Shown here piece by piece: positions 8,149 through 20,912 of a stretch of 64,000 bases of DNA. The stretch is from an uncultured Acidobacteriota bacterium. GTDB taxonomy: Bacteria > Acidobacteriota > Thermoanaerobaculia > UBA5066. Position 1 is the stretch's first letter. Each line of letters starts with the position of its first letter. The notes under the pieces were generated by a model. The model worked only from the letters and a program-made list of their open reading frames with translations. It was not told the DNA's origin and ran no database searches. Both the position numbers and the translations under genes were made by a program. Location: NCBI GenBank assembly GCA_963779415.1, contig CAVZYA010000002.1, positions 1,408,001 through 1,472,000 of the forward strand. Reading direction: 5' to 3'.

Positions 8149-10578
8149 GTGATGGCCGCCGTCACGCCCTCTCCGGTCCGGACGGCGCTCGAGAGGCGGA
8201 GGGACGAGTTCCTCGGCATCCTGATCGTTGCCGCGGGAGTCCTGCTTCTCGCGGCGCTCGTCTCGTATCACCCGCAGGACCCGTCGCTCTTCTCCTCGGT
8301 CCAGGACCCGACCGTCCACCCGAGCAACTGGGCCGGGCGCTTCGGCGCCTCCTTCTCGGACGGCGCTCTCCAGTTCTTCGGCCTCGCCGCGTTCGTCTTC
8401 CCGATCGTCCTTCTCGCCGCGGGCGTCCGGCGCTTCCGGTCGAAGGCTTCGCACTCCTGGGGCGCGCGCGGGGCGGGGCTCGTCCTGATCCTCCTCTCCG
8501 CCGCGCCGCTCGCGCATCTCGCGTTCGGCCGACCGCACCTTCTCGGCGGCGGCCTCGGCGCCGGGGGATACGTCGGGGACGTGATCGGCTCGTTCCTCGT
8601 GGCCGGGCTCAACGCGCCGGGAGCCGCGATCCTCCTCGTGTCGCTTCTCCTCATCGGCGGACTCCTCGCGACGTCGGTTTCGCTCGGCGACGGCGCCGGC
8701 CGGACGGCGCTTCGGCTCTCCGGCTGGTGGCGCGGCTGGCGGCTCGACCGGCAGCGCCGGAAGGAGCAGTCGAACAAGGAATCGCTTCGCCGCGAGGTCG
8801 TCAAGAAGCACCTCGAGCGGGCGAAGGAGGAGGCCGCACGTCCGGCCGAGAAGGTGAAGCCGGAGCCCGAGGGTGAAGTCGTCTTCATTCCGTCGGTCGC
8901 GACGCTCCGGGTCCGCGAGAAGACGGGGACGGGGCGCTTCTCCATCCGGAAGACGGTCACGGGGGCCGGCGAACCGCCCGAACCGACGCGCCCGGTGGCG
9001 CGCCCCGCGCAGCTGAAGAAGTCCGAGGCGCCGCAGCGCGTCCTCCCGTTCCCGTCGCCGAAGGAGTCGAACGGCTGGATCTTTCCGCCCGAGCGCCTCC
9101 TTCGCGCGGCGCCGAAGAGGGACCGCGAGCGCGACCGCGAGGAGTTCCGGCAGACGATGGAGCTGATCGCCTCGAAGTGCCTCGAGTTCGACGTCGAGGG
9201 GATCGTCGACACCTTCACGCCAGGGCCCGTCGTCACGACGTACGAGTTCAAGCCCTCGGCCGGGGTGAAGGTGGCGCAGGTCTCGAACCTCGAGAACGAC
9301 CTCGCCCTCGCCCTCGCCGCCGAGAAGGTCCGGATCGAGAGGATCCCGGGGCGGGCGGCCGTCGGCATCGAGGTGCCGAACCGGAACCGGGACGTCATCG
9401 CCCTCCGGGAGGTCATCGAGGGCGAGCGCTTCCGGAAATCTCCGTCGCTCCTGACGATCGCGCTCGGCCTCGACGTCCACGGCGAACCGGTCGTCGCCGA
9501 CCTCGTCCGGATGCCGCACCTTCTCGTGGCCGGGATGACGGGCGCCGGGAAGAGCGTCGGGATCAACGGCATGATCACGTCGATCCTCTTCAAGGCGCGG
9601 CCGGACGAGGTGAAGTTCATCTTCGTCGACCCGAAGATGAACGACATGAAGGACTACGAGGACCTGCCGCACCTTCTCGTCCCCGTCGTCACGGAGCCGA
9701 AGAAGGCGGCGAACGCCCTCAACTGGGCCGTCGAGGAGATGGAGGGGCGCTACCGGCTCCTCTCCGAGTGGCCGGGCGTCCGGAACATCGAGCAGTACAA
9801 CGCGGCGATCCGGGACCCGAAGGCGCTGGCCGAGGTGCGCGAGAAGATCGGCGAGGCGCTGAAGTCGGGGGCGGACGGCTCCATCGCTCCGATGCCCTAC
9901 ATCGTCATCGTCATCGACGAGCTGGCCGACTTGATGATGACGGCCCCGCGCGAGATCGAGGACTCGGTGGCCCGCCTTGCGCAGAAGGCGCGCGCCGTCG
10001 GGATCCACCTGATCCTCGCGACGCAGCGCCCCTCGGTGGACGTCATCACCGGGACGATCAAGGCGAACCTCCCGTGCCGGATCTCCTACACGACGCGGAC
10101 CCGGATCGACTCCCGGACGATCCTCGACCAGATGGGCGCCGAGCAGCTCCTCGGGCAGGGAGACATGCTCTTCCTCGCCCCCGGGACGTCGTACCTGATG
10201 CGGATCCACGGCGGGTTCGTCTCGGGAGACGAGATCAAGGAAATCTGCCGCTTTTTGAAGAAGCAGGGGAGGCCGATCTACGATGAGAGCGTCACGGCCG
10301 ACCGGGAGCCGGCTGGCGGCGCTGCGAACGGCGCCCGGGCCTCTTCCGACGACGCCGATCCGATGTACGACCAGGCGGCGCGGCTCGTCGTCCGAGAGCG
10401 GATGGCGTCGATCTCGTTCCTCCAGCGGCGGCTCGAGATCGGCTTTTCGCGCGCGGGAAAGCTCATCGACATGATGCAGCGCGACGGCATCGTCGGGCCG
10501 CCCGCCGGCGGCGCCAAGAGCCGCGACGTCCTCGTCCCCCCCGAATACTTCGAGGAGATCGACCGAAGCCGGCGGTAA
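8149..10578 (+). CDS. ftsK: DNA translocase FtsK
   Basis: N-terminal TM domain, MPHLLVAGMTGAGKS, IVIDELADLM, ATQRPSVDVITG, C-terminal gamma domain SISFLQRRLEIGFSRA. Confidence 0.97.
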   Translation: MMAAVTPSPVRTALERRRDEFLGILIVAAGVLLLAALVSYHPQDPSLFSSVQDPTVHPSNWAGRFGASFSDGALQFFGLAAFVFPIVLLAAGVRRFRSKASHSWGARGAGLVLILLSAAPLAHLAFGRPHLLGGGLGAGGYVGDVIGSFLVAGLNAPGAAILLVSLLLIGGLLATSVSLGDGAGRTALRLSGWWRGWRLDRQRRKEQSNKESLRREVVKKHLERAKEEAARPAEKVKPEPEGEVVFIPSVATLRVREKTGTGRFSIRKTVTGAGEPPEPTRPVARPAQLKKSEAPQRVLPFPSPKESNGWIFPPERLLRAAPKRDRERDREEFRQTMELIASKCLEFDVEGIVDTFTPGPVVTTYEFKPSAGVKVAQVSNLENDLALALAAEKVRIERIPGRAAVGIEVPNRNRDVIALREVIEGERFRKSPSLLTIALGLDVHGEPVVADLVRMPHLLVAGMTGAGKSVGINGMITSILFKARPDEVKFIFVDPKMNDMKDYEDLPHLLVPVVTEPKKAANALNWAVEEMEGRYRLLSEWPGVRNIEQYNAAIRDPKALAEVREKIGEALKSGADGSIAPMPYIVIVIDELADLMMTAPREIEDSVARLAQKARAVGIHLILATQRPSVDVITGTIKANLPCRISYTTRTRIDSRTILDQMGAEQLLGQGDMLFLAPGTSYLMRIHGGFVSGDEIKEICRFLKKQGRPIYDESVTADREPAGGAANGARASSDDADPMYDQAARLVVRERMASISFLQRRLEIGFSRAGKLIDMMQRDGIVGPPAGGAKSRDVLVPPEYFEEIDRSRR

Positions 10579-10727
10579 CGGCTCGTTTCGCGACATCCGG
10601 ATCGAGGACGACGGCTACGACGCCTTTCTCGGCGACGGCGGTCTCTTCCTCGGAGGTGCGGCTTGGCCGCCCTGGATCCCGATGAGAATTGCAGCGAGAA
10701 TGCAGCCTGAGATCCCGTTCATGTTCT

Positions 10728-11177
10728 CTAGTCGGTCCGGTGCGGCAGTTCCAGGAGGCGGACGTCCTCGAGGTCCTTGGGCCGGCCGGAGGCGCGCTTC
10801 GAGGCGATGAGGTCCTCCCGCGAGGCCACGAAGAACTCCTGCCCCTGATAAGACATCGCAATCTTCCGCGCCCATGCGCCCTCGAAGGCGAGCCCCGGGG
10901 TGGAGGTCTGGACGTCGATCCGGACCCGGTCGCTGAAGACCGTGATCTCGCGCGAGAGAACGTCCTCCGGACTCGTGAGGGCGGTCGTCCCGAGGCCGGC
11001 CGCGGACAACGCCGCGAGCAGCCGCCTCGCATTCTCCGGAGTCGCCTCGATCAGGAGGTCGAGGTCGAACGTGGCACGCGGAACGCCGTGGGCGATCGCC
11101 GCGATCCCGCCGATCACGACGTACCTAACGTCGTGGGAGCGTAAGAACGCAAAGACGCTGAGAAGGCGTTTCAGCAT
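10728..11177 (-). CDS. Minimal nucleotidyltransferase-fold protein (DUF6036-like)
   Basis: YVVIGGIAAIAHGVPRATFDLDL and LIASKRASGRPKDLED motifs. Confidence 0.85.
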   Translation of the reverse strand: MLKRLLSVFAFLRSHDVRYVVIGGIAAIAHGVPRATFDLDLLIEATPENARRLLAALSAAGLGTTALTSPEDVLSREITVFSDRVRIDVQTSTPGLAFEGAWARKIAMSYQGQEFFVASREDLIASKRASGRPKDLEDVRLLELPHRTD

Positions 11178-11331
11178 CGGATCCGCGGATCAGCTCCGGG
11201 TTCTGCTCGAGCGCGAGCTCCGTGACCTCCTCGAAGAGCTCCAGCCTCTCCGGGACCGTGAGGCTCTGGAACCAGCGGGCCTTCGCCTCCGGCGTCTCCT
11301 CCTCCCGGTCGTGCGAGACGTGGGGCGTCAC
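11125..11331 (-). CDS. Small hypothetical protein, partner of the downstream nucleotidyltransferase
   Basis: 68-aa ORF (EETPEAKARWFQSLT.PERLE) overlapping the NTase start. GATAAT box lies 6 nt upstream of GTG. Confidence 0.7.
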   Translation of the reverse strand: MTPHVSHDREEETPEAKARWFQSLTVPERLELFEEVTELALEQNPELIRGSDAETPSQRLCVLTLPRR

Positions 11332-11338
11332 GCCGCCA

Positions 11339-14561
<3,223 letters not shown>

Positions 14562-14663
14562 TTACGCCGCGACACGCTCCTCCCTCTCCGCGCGGGAAGC
14601 GCTGCACATCCACATGGACATCTCCATGCCGATGAGGGTGGAAAGGGGAGCGATGGCGCTCAT
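14562..14663 (-). CDS. Met-rich leader peptide (33 aa) of the met operon
   Basis: MSAIAPLSTLIGMEMSMWMCSASRAEREERVAA*. Four internal ATG codons at 13/15/17/19. Lies between the promoter and the terminator. Confidence 0.8.
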   Translation of the reverse strand: MSAIAPLSTLIGMEMSMWMCSASRAEREERVAA

Positions 14664-14672
14664 GATCGACGG

Positions 14673-14701
14673 AAAGTAGACGCCGGGCGGAGCGTTGTCA
14701 A
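14673..14701 (-). promoter_or_regulatory. Sigma70-type promoter of the met leader/operon
   Basis: TTGACA (14701-14696), 17-nt spacer, TACTTT (14678-14673). Leader ATG starts 10 nt downstream. Confidence 0.8.
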
Positions 14702-14801
14702 GGAAATCCCGAGAAACTCACGATTCCGGTCCGAGGACCGGGTAGGAGGAGAACCTCTCCCCGCGCGGCGTCGGGCGCGTGGAGAGTCTGATGAGATGGA
14801 T

Positions 14802-14831
14802 TTCGGGGAACCCGGATTCGGGTTCCCCGAA
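14802..14831 (-). terminator. Hairpin downstream of hup
   Basis: Perfect 13-bp stem TTCGGGGAACCCG-gatt-CGGGTTCCCCGAA, 10 nt after the hup stop. Confidence 0.7.
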
Positions 14832-14840
14832 CCCCTACCG

Positions 14841-15128
14841 CTACTTCTTGGCGCCGAGGATCGAGTCCTTGGCGGCCTTGGCGACGCGGAACTTCACGAC
14901 GCGCTTCGCCGGGATCTTGATCGCCTCTCCCGTCGCCGGGTTGCGACCCATGCGCGCCTTCCGGTTCACGAGCACGAGCTTGCCGAGGCCCGGCAACGTG
15001 AAGGAGTTCTTCGCCTGCTTGTAGGCGAGTCCCGCCAGCTCCTCGAGAAACTGCGCCGCGACCTTCTTCGTGGTCCCGGTCTTCTCCGCGAGGTGCTCGG
15101 CAATCTGAGATTTCGTAAGTCCAGCCAT
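14841..15128 (-). CDS. hup: Histone-like DNA-binding protein HU
   Basis: MAGLTKSQIAEHLAEK...LPGLGKL...RKARMGRNPATGEAIKIPAKRVVKFR. AAAGGA SD. Confidence 0.95.
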   Translation of the reverse strand: MAGLTKSQIAEHLAEKTGTTKKVAAQFLEELAGLAYKQAKNSFTLPGLGKLVLVNRKARMGRNPATGEAIKIPAKRVVKFRVAKAAKDSILGAKK

Positions 15129-15248
15129 GGATTCGTCCTTTCGTTCGATTCGCTTGCCCGTAGGCTGGGAGATTCTATACACGATTTCCCGCGCTTTTCG
15201 AAGGAAATCGTGAAAGGGCGGTCCGCGGCGCCCGATAGACTCCGGCGG

Positions 15249-16262
15249 GTGCGGATCGTTTTCTTCGGATCACCCGCCTTCGCCGTGACGTCGCTCACGG
15301 CTCTTCTCGACGCGGGACACGAAATCGCACTGGTCGTCACGCAGAGCGCGAAGCCCGCCGGACGCTCGGGCGCTCCGGTGCCGCCGGCCGTCGCGCGCGT
15401 GGCCGCCGAACGTAGCCTTCCGATCTTTCAACCCGAGAGCCTGAAGGGGGACGAAGCCCCCCGGCGCCTCGCGGCAGCCGGCGCGGACCTCTTCGTCGTC
15501 GCGGCGTACGGGAAGATCCTCCGGCAGAAAGTCCTCGACCTGCCGCGTCTCGGCTGCGTGAACGTCCACGGCTCGCTCCTCCCGCGCTGGCGCGGTGCCT
15601 CTCCGGTGCAGGCGGCTCTCCTCGCGGGCGACGAAACGACGGGCGTCTCGATCATGAAGATGGACGCCGGGATGGACACCGGGCCCGTTTACGCGATGCG
15701 CGAGACGCCAATCCTCGAGACCGACGATTCGGAGACGCTCGGCGCGCGGCTCGCTTCTCTTGGTGCCGATGCGCTGATCGAGACGCTGAGTTTCTTAGAA
15801 GGTGAATCGGGCATAGATGGCTCGCCGAAGCCCCGCGGGACGGCCCGTGCGGAGGCGCCGGCAGTGAGCGCGCCTTCCAAGAAGATCTCTTTTCCTCCCA
15901 TCCCCCAGGACGATTCCGTCGCGACGTACTGCCCGAAGATCACGCGCGAGGACGGGGTCGTCGACTGGACCCGGCCGGCGATCGAGCTGGTTCGTCGAGA
16001 CCGCGCCTTCACTCCCTGGCCGGGCCTCTTCACCTTTCGAAGAAAGTCGCGCCTGAAGCTCTCGAGCCTGTCGCTCGTCGCAGGAGAGCCTTCCGGTCTG
16101 CCTCCGGGAACCGTCATTTCCGTCTCCCCGTCTCTCGTCGTCGCCTGCAGCGTCGGGGCAGTGGCGTTGGGTGCGCTGCAGGCGGAGGGGCGAAAGCGGC
16201 TTCCCGCGGCTGAGTTCGTCCGCGGAGAGCGGGTGGTCCCGGGCGAACTCTGGCCGTCATGA
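15249..16262 (+). CDS. fmt: Methionyl-tRNA formyltransferase (with ~31-aa in-frame insert)
   Basis: RIVFFGSPAFA, VAAYGKIL, CVNVHGSLLPRWRGASP, MDAGMDTG, QAEGRKRL. Confidence 0.95.
   Translation: MRIVFFGSPAFAVTSLTALLDAGHEIALVVTQSAKPAGRSGAPVPPAVARVAAERSLPIFQPESLKGDEAPRRLAAAGADLFVVAAYGKILRQKVLDLPRLGCVNVHGSLLPRWRGASPVQAALLAGDETTGVSIMKMDAGMDTGPVYAMRETPILETDDSETLGARLASLGADALIETLSFLEGESGIDGSPKPRGTARAEAPAVSAPSKKISFPPIPQDDSVATYCPKITREDGVVDWTRPAIELVRRDRAFTPWPGLFTFRRKSRLKLSSLSLVAGEPSGLPPGTVISVSPSLVVACSVGAVALGALQAEGRKRLPAAEFVRGERVVPGELWPS
15792..15883. repeat. Palindromic (MITE/RPE-like) element inserted in frame in fmt
   Basis: Terminal inverted repeats TTCTTAGAAGG / CCTTCCAAGAA (10 of 11 complementary). 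AT-richer than flanks. Related pieces at 18910-18928 and 19015-19062. Confidence 0.65.
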
Positions 16263-17617
16263 CTCCGCCGGCGGGCCCGTCCGTCCGCTCGGTCCGGTCG
16301 CTCGCCCTCGGCATCCTCCTCCGTGTCGAGCGGGACGGCGCCCACGCGGCGCCGCTCCTCGACGCCCGCGGAGTCTCGCTCCCCCCTCGCGACCGCGATC
16401 TTCTTCGTGCCCTCGTGAAGCGGACGCTCCGGGGCGCCATCCGCCTCGACCACGTCCTCTCCCGGTCGTGCGGCCGCCCGGTCGCAAGCCTCGATGCCGA
16501 GATTCGCGCGGCGCTCCGGCTCGGGGCGGCGCAGCTTCTCCTCTTCGACCGGATCCCGACGCACGCGGCCGTCGGCGAGACGGTGGCGGCGGTGAAGGAG
16601 ATCGCTCCGCGAGGGGCCGGTCTCGTCAACGCGGTTCTCCGGCGCGTCGCCTCCTCGGAGGAGCGGCCCGGCCGGGTTCTCCTTCCGGAGAACGCCGATC
16701 CGGCGGCGCGCCTGGCTCTCGAGGTCTCGCACCCGGAATGGCTGGTCCGGCGGTGGATCTCGGACCTCGGGGAGCCGGCCGCGCGCGCCGCCCTCGCCGC
16801 GGACGAGATCGACGCGCCGATCGATCTCCTCGCCGACCCCCGTCTCGGGACGGTCGACGAGATCCGCGCGACGCTCTCCGCGGCCGGAATCGGGACCGAG
16901 CCCTCGCCCTGGGCGCCGCTCGCGCTCACCGTCATCGGAGGGGACGCGACGTCCCATCCGCTCGTCCGTTCGGGAGCGCTCGCGGTCGTCGACGCGGCGG
17001 CTCAGGCGATGATCGAGGCGTTGCCGCCTTCGGACCTCGCCCTCGACCTTGCCGCGGCGCCGGGAGGCAAGACGCGGACGCTCCTCGCGCGCGGTCTCGC
17101 AAAGCGGGTCATCGCCCTCGAGCGGACGGCGTCGCGCGCCTCGCGCCTCGCCACGAACCTCGAAGCCTCGGGACGGCGTCGCGAGGCCCTCGTCGTCCGG
17201 GCGGACGCCACCCGCCCCCCGCTTCCGGCCGGCCGGTTCGGCGCGATCCTCCTCGATGCTCCCTGCTCGGGGACGGGGACCCTCCGGAAGAATCCCGAGA
17301 TCAGGCTTCGTCTGCGGGAGGAGGATCTCTCCGGATTCGCGGCGCGCCAGCGCGCTCTCCTGAAAGCCGCTCTCCGACTCCTCGCGCCGGGCGGCACCCT
17401 CGCTTACGTCACCTGCTCGCTCGAGCCCGAGGAGAACGAAGAGGTCGTGGACGCCGTTCTTCGCGAGGCCCCGGGATCCTTCTGCGTGACGCCCGATCCC
17501 GGCCGGCTCCCGCCCCCTCTTGCGGCGTGTCTCCGGCCGTCGGGCCTCTTCCGCGTTCCGCCGGCGGAGACGAACGACGGCTTCTCGCTCCTCGTCGTCC
17601 GGCGCTCCCCGGGCTGA
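16259..17617 (+). CDS. rsmB: 16S rRNA m5C methyltransferase RsmB/Sun with NusB-like N-terminus
   Basis: LRLGAAQLL, SHPEWLVRRW, LDLAAAPGGKT, ILLDAPCSGTG, YVTCSLEPEENE. Confidence 0.93.
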   Translation: MTPPAGPSVRSVRSLALGILLRVERDGAHAAPLLDARGVSLPPRDRDLLRALVKRTLRGAIRLDHVLSRSCGRPVASLDAEIRAALRLGAAQLLLFDRIPTHAAVGETVAAVKEIAPRGAGLVNAVLRRVASSEERPGRVLLPENADPAARLALEVSHPEWLVRRWISDLGEPAARAALAADEIDAPIDLLADPRLGTVDEIRATLSAAGIGTEPSPWAPLALTVIGGDATSHPLVRSGALAVVDAAAQAMIEALPPSDLALDLAAAPGGKTRTLLARGLAKRVIALERTASRASRLATNLEASGRRREALVVRADATRPPLPAGRFGAILLDAPCSGTGTLRKNPEIRLRLREEDLSGFAARQRALLKAALRLLAPGGTLAYVTCSLEPEENEEVVDAVLREAPGSFCVTPDPGRLPPPLAACLRPSGLFRVPPAETNDGFSLLVVRRSPG

Positions 17618-17648
17618 CTCGACGAAGAGGCGCTTATCATCGCGCGGC

Positions 17649-18353
17649 GTGATCCCGCTCCGCGACAACGTTCCCCGGCGGACCATTCCGTTCACCAATA
17701 ACCTGCTCCTTGCGGCGAATGTCTTCGTCTTCTTCCTCGAGATCACGCAAGGGGACGCTGGGGAAGCGTTCCTCGCGCGCTGGGCGTTCATCCCCGATCG
17801 TCTCTTTCACCCCGCCGCATGGGGGATGTCGCCGGGCGCGAGCTTCGTCACGATCTTCTCGGCGATGTTCCTCCACGCCGGCCTTCTCCACCTCGGCGGA
17901 AACCTCCTCTTTCTCTGGATCTTCGGGGACAACGTCGAGGACGCGCTGGGACACGTCCGGTATCTCTTCTTCTATCTCGCCTCGGGCCTCGCGGCGGCGG
18001 TGCTTCAGACGATCCTGAATCCCGCGTCGGCCGTCCCGAACATCGGCGCCTCGGGGGCGATCGCGGGGGTGCTCGGGGGTTACTTCGTCCTCTACCCGCG
18101 CGCCCGGGTCGTGACGCTCGTGCCGCTCTTCTTCCTCTTTCCGCTCATCGAGGTTCCCGCCGGCCTCTACCTCCTCTTCTGGTTCGTGATGCAGTTCTGG
18201 ATGGGCTCGGCGAACCTCGCGAGCGCCGGCCGGCACCCGGAGGCGGGGGGCGTCGCTTTCTGGGCCCACGTCGGCGGCTTCGTCGCGGGCGTGATCCTCG
18301 TCCTTCTCGTCCGTCCCCGGCGCCGCCCGGCGGCCCGCTACCGGATTCTCTGA
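17649..18353 (+). CDS. Rhomboid family intramembrane serine protease
   Basis: MIPLRDN start, FLHAG..HLGGNLLFLWIFGDNVED, GASGA, AFWAHVGGF. Confidence 0.93.
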   Translation: MIPLRDNVPRRTIPFTNNLLLAANVFVFFLEITQGDAGEAFLARWAFIPDRLFHPAAWGMSPGASFVTIFSAMFLHAGLLHLGGNLLFLWIFGDNVEDALGHVRYLFFYLASGLAAAVLQTILNPASAVPNIGASGAIAGVLGGYFVLYPRARVVTLVPLFFLFPLIEVPAGLYLLFWFVMQFWMGSANLASAGRHPEAGGVAFWAHVGGFVAGVILVLLVRPRRRPAARYRIL

Positions 18354-18361
18354 GCCACCCC

Positions 18362-19714
18362 ATGCGGCGCGCGGCATCACCCGGAGCCGGGACCGTCGTC
18401 GCGTGGAGCCTCTACGAGCTGGGGGCGACCGCGTTCGCGATGAATCTCCTCTCGCTTCACTTTCCGCTCGACATCGCGACGCGCTCTCCGCGCGGGAACG
18501 AGAAGTTCTCCGTCGTTTTCGGCCTCTCGATGGCGGCGGTCGCCGTCGCCGCCCCGTTCCTCGGGTCGCTCGCGGACGCGCACGGGAAGCGGCGGTTTCT
18601 CGTCCCGTTCGTCCTCGTGGGGGTCGCCGGAACCGCGCTCGTCGCCCTCCCCGCGCCGGTCGGCGTGACGCTCCTCGTCTTCGCGCTCGCCAACATCGCC
18701 TTCCAGTCGGCCTATGTCTTCTACAACGCCATGCTCCCGGACGTGGCGGCACCGGAGGCGCAGGGGCGCGTCTCCGGCTTCGGCGTCGCGGCGGGGTACG
18801 TCGGCTCCCTCCTCGCGATGTTCCTCGCCCTCCCGTTCGTCTCGGGAGAGATCCGGGCGAAGCTGCCGGTCGCATTCCAGTCGATCTGCGCCGCGATTTC
18901 GGTGAGCCCAGTTTCTTCGAATGTGAATGCGCCCTGGGTCCGGGCCAACGCGTATCTGCCGACGGCTTTCCTCTGGCTCGCCGCGGCCATCCCGCTCCTC
19001 TTCTTCGCACGACTGCCGAAACCTCGCGGCAGCGCCGGCAATGCCTCTCTACCTTCCAAGAAATCTTCTTCGTCGTCTTCGAAACTCTCCTCGGTCTCCT
19101 CGTCCTTTCGCGACGTGGTCGCCACGGTCCGGTCGCTGCCGTCGACCCCGTCGATCCTCTGGTACCTCGTCTCCTCGTTCCTCTACTTCGACGTCATCCA
19201 CACGGTCCAGATCCAGATGGCGACCTACTCGAAGTTCGCCGTCGGGATGTCGGACGGCGAGGTGCAGCTCTTCCTTCTCCTCTGCACGGCGGTCGCGGTC
19301 CTCGGCGGCCTCCTCTACGGGTTCCTCTGCCAGCGGGTGACGATCCGGACGGCGACGCTCGTGGCGCTCGTGAACTGGGCCGCCGTCTTCGTCCTTTCCC
19401 TCGTCGTCCGGGACCACCGGCTCTTCCTCGGCGTCGGGTTCCTCGCGGGGATCGGCCTCGGCGGCGTGAAGGTCACCTCCCGTCTGGCGCTCATCGCCCT
19501 CGTCCCGAAAGAGCGCCTGACGGAGTTCTTCGGCTTCTTCACGCTGGCGGGAGAGGCCGCTTCGGTCCTCGGCCCGCTCGTCTGGGCCGCCGTCCTCTCG
19601 CTCTTCCCGGACCGGAGCCCTTCGGGCTACCGGGCCGGGCTCTTCGTCCTTCTTGTCGTCCTTCTCGGCGCCATCGGAGCCTTCCGGAAAGTCCGGTTCC
19701 CGAGAGAAGCGTGA
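18362..19714 (+). CDS. MFS transporter (UMF1/ATG22-like)
   Basis: AWSLYE.G, APFLGSLAD..GKRR, VFYNAMLP, GRVSG.G...GYVG, EFFGFF. About 12 TM segments. Confidence 0.88.
   Translation: MRRAASPGAGTVVAWSLYELGATAFAMNLLSLHFPLDIATRSPRGNEKFSVVFGLSMAAVAVAAPFLGSLADAHGKRRFLVPFVLVGVAGTALVALPAPVGVTLLVFALANIAFQSAYVFYNAMLPDVAAPEAQGRVSGFGVAAGYVGSLLAMFLALPFVSGEIRAKLPVAFQSICAAISVSPVSSNVNAPWVRANAYLPTAFLWLAAAIPLLFFARLPKPRGSAGNASLPSKKSSSSSSKLSSVSSSFRDVVATVRSLPSTPSILWYLVSSFLYFDVIHTVQIQMATYSKFAVGMSDGEVQLFLLLCTAVAVLGGLLYGFLCQRVTIRTATLVALVNWAAVFVLSLVVRDHRLFLGVGFLAGIGLGGVKVTSRLALIALVPKERLTEFFGFFTLAGEAASVLGPLVWAAVLSLFPDRSPSGYRAGLFVLLVVLLGAIGAFRKVRFPREA
19015..19062. repeat. Partial copy of the fmt palindromic element in the MFS central loop
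   Basis: GCCGAAACCTCGCGG..GCGCCGGCAATG..CCTTCCAAGAA versus fmt GCCGAAGCCCCGCGG..GCGCCGGCAGTG..CCTTCCAAGAA. Confidence 0.6.
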
Positions 19715-19737
19715 GAGCGCGCTATCCTCGGGCCCTC

Positions 19738-20898
19738 ATGTCCACCGTCACCGCCCCCGCGACCGTCTCCGTCCCCCTCCTCGACCTGAAAAAGCAGTAC
19801 GCGTCGATCCGCGAGGAGGTGAAGCGGACCGCCGACGAGATCTTCGAGAGCCAGTACTTCATCCTCGGCCCGCGCGTCGAAGCCTTCGAGAAGGCCGTCG
19901 CCGCCTACGTCGGGACGAAGCACGCCGTCGGGATGTCCTCCGGGACCGACGCGCAGCTCGCCGCGATGATGGCCCTCCGGATCGGGCCGGGGGACGACGT
20001 CGTCACGTCGCCGTACACCTTCTTCTCCTCGGCCGGCGCCATCGCTCGGCTCGGCGCCCGCCCCGTCTTCTGCGACATCGACCCGGCCACCTTCAACGTC
20101 GACCCGGTGAAGCTCGCCCGGGCGATCACGCCGAAGACGAAGGCGATCCAGCCGATCCATCTCTACGGGCAGTCGGCCGACATGGACCCGATCCTCGACG
20201 TCGCGCGGAAGAAGGGGATCCCGGTCATCGAGGACGCGTGCCAGTCGCTCGGCGCGGCGTACCGGGGGAAGAAAGCGGGCTCGATGTCCGAGTTCGGCTG
20301 CTTCTCCTTCTTCCCGTCGAAGAACCTCGGGGCGTTCGGAGACGGCGGGATGGTGACGACGAACGACGACGCGACGGCCCAGACGCTCCGCGCCATGCGG
20401 ATGCACGGCGAGACGTCGCGCTACTACCACCGCTTCGTCGGCGGCAACTTCCGCCTCGACGCCTTCCAGGCCGCCATCCTCCACGTGAAGCTCCCGCACC
20501 TCGATGGCTGGGCCGAGGGACGGCGAAAGAACGCGAAGGAGATCGAGGCGCTCTACCTCGAGGCCGGCGGCCTTCCGTACGAGAAGGGGGGGCTTTCGTT
20601 CCCGCGCGAGGCGGCCGGCTGCTTCCACGTCTTCAACCAGTTCGTCGTCCGCGTCGGGAAGGGGCGCCGCGACGCCCTAAAGGAGCGGCTGACGGAGCGG
20701 CAGATCGGAAACGCCATTTACTACCCGCTGCCGCTCCACCTGCAGGAGTGCTTCGCGTACCTCGGAGGCAAGGTCGGGGACTTTCCGGAGTCCGAGAAGG
20801 CCGCCGCAGAGACGCTCGCGCTCCCGGTCTTCCCCGAGCTCTCGGCGGAGCAGAAGCGCTTCCTCGCCTTCACGCTCGCCGAGTTCTCGAGGAGCTGA
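19738..20898 (+). CDS. DegT/DnrJ/EryC1/StrS PLP-dependent aminotransferase
   Basis: VPLLDLK.QY, SSGTDA, IEDACQSLGA, SFFPSKNLGAFGDGG, YYPLPLHLQ. Confidence 0.95.
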   Translation: MSTVTAPATVSVPLLDLKKQYASIREEVKRTADEIFESQYFILGPRVEAFEKAVAAYVGTKHAVGMSSGTDAQLAAMMALRIGPGDDVVTSPYTFFSSAGAIARLGARPVFCDIDPATFNVDPVKLARAITPKTKAIQPIHLYGQSADMDPILDVARKKGIPVIEDACQSLGAAYRGKKAGSMSEFGCFSFFPSKNLGAFGDGGMVTTNDDATAQTLRAMRMHGETSRYYHRFVGGNFRLDAFQAAILHVKLPHLDGWAEGRRKNAKEIEALYLEAGGLPYEKGGLSFPREAAGCFHVFNQFVVRVGKGRRDALKERLTERQIGNAIYYPLPLHLQECFAYLGGKVGDFPESEKAAAETLALPVFPELSAEQKRFLAFTLAEFSRS

Positions 20899-20912
20899 GA
20901 AGCCCCGGAAAT

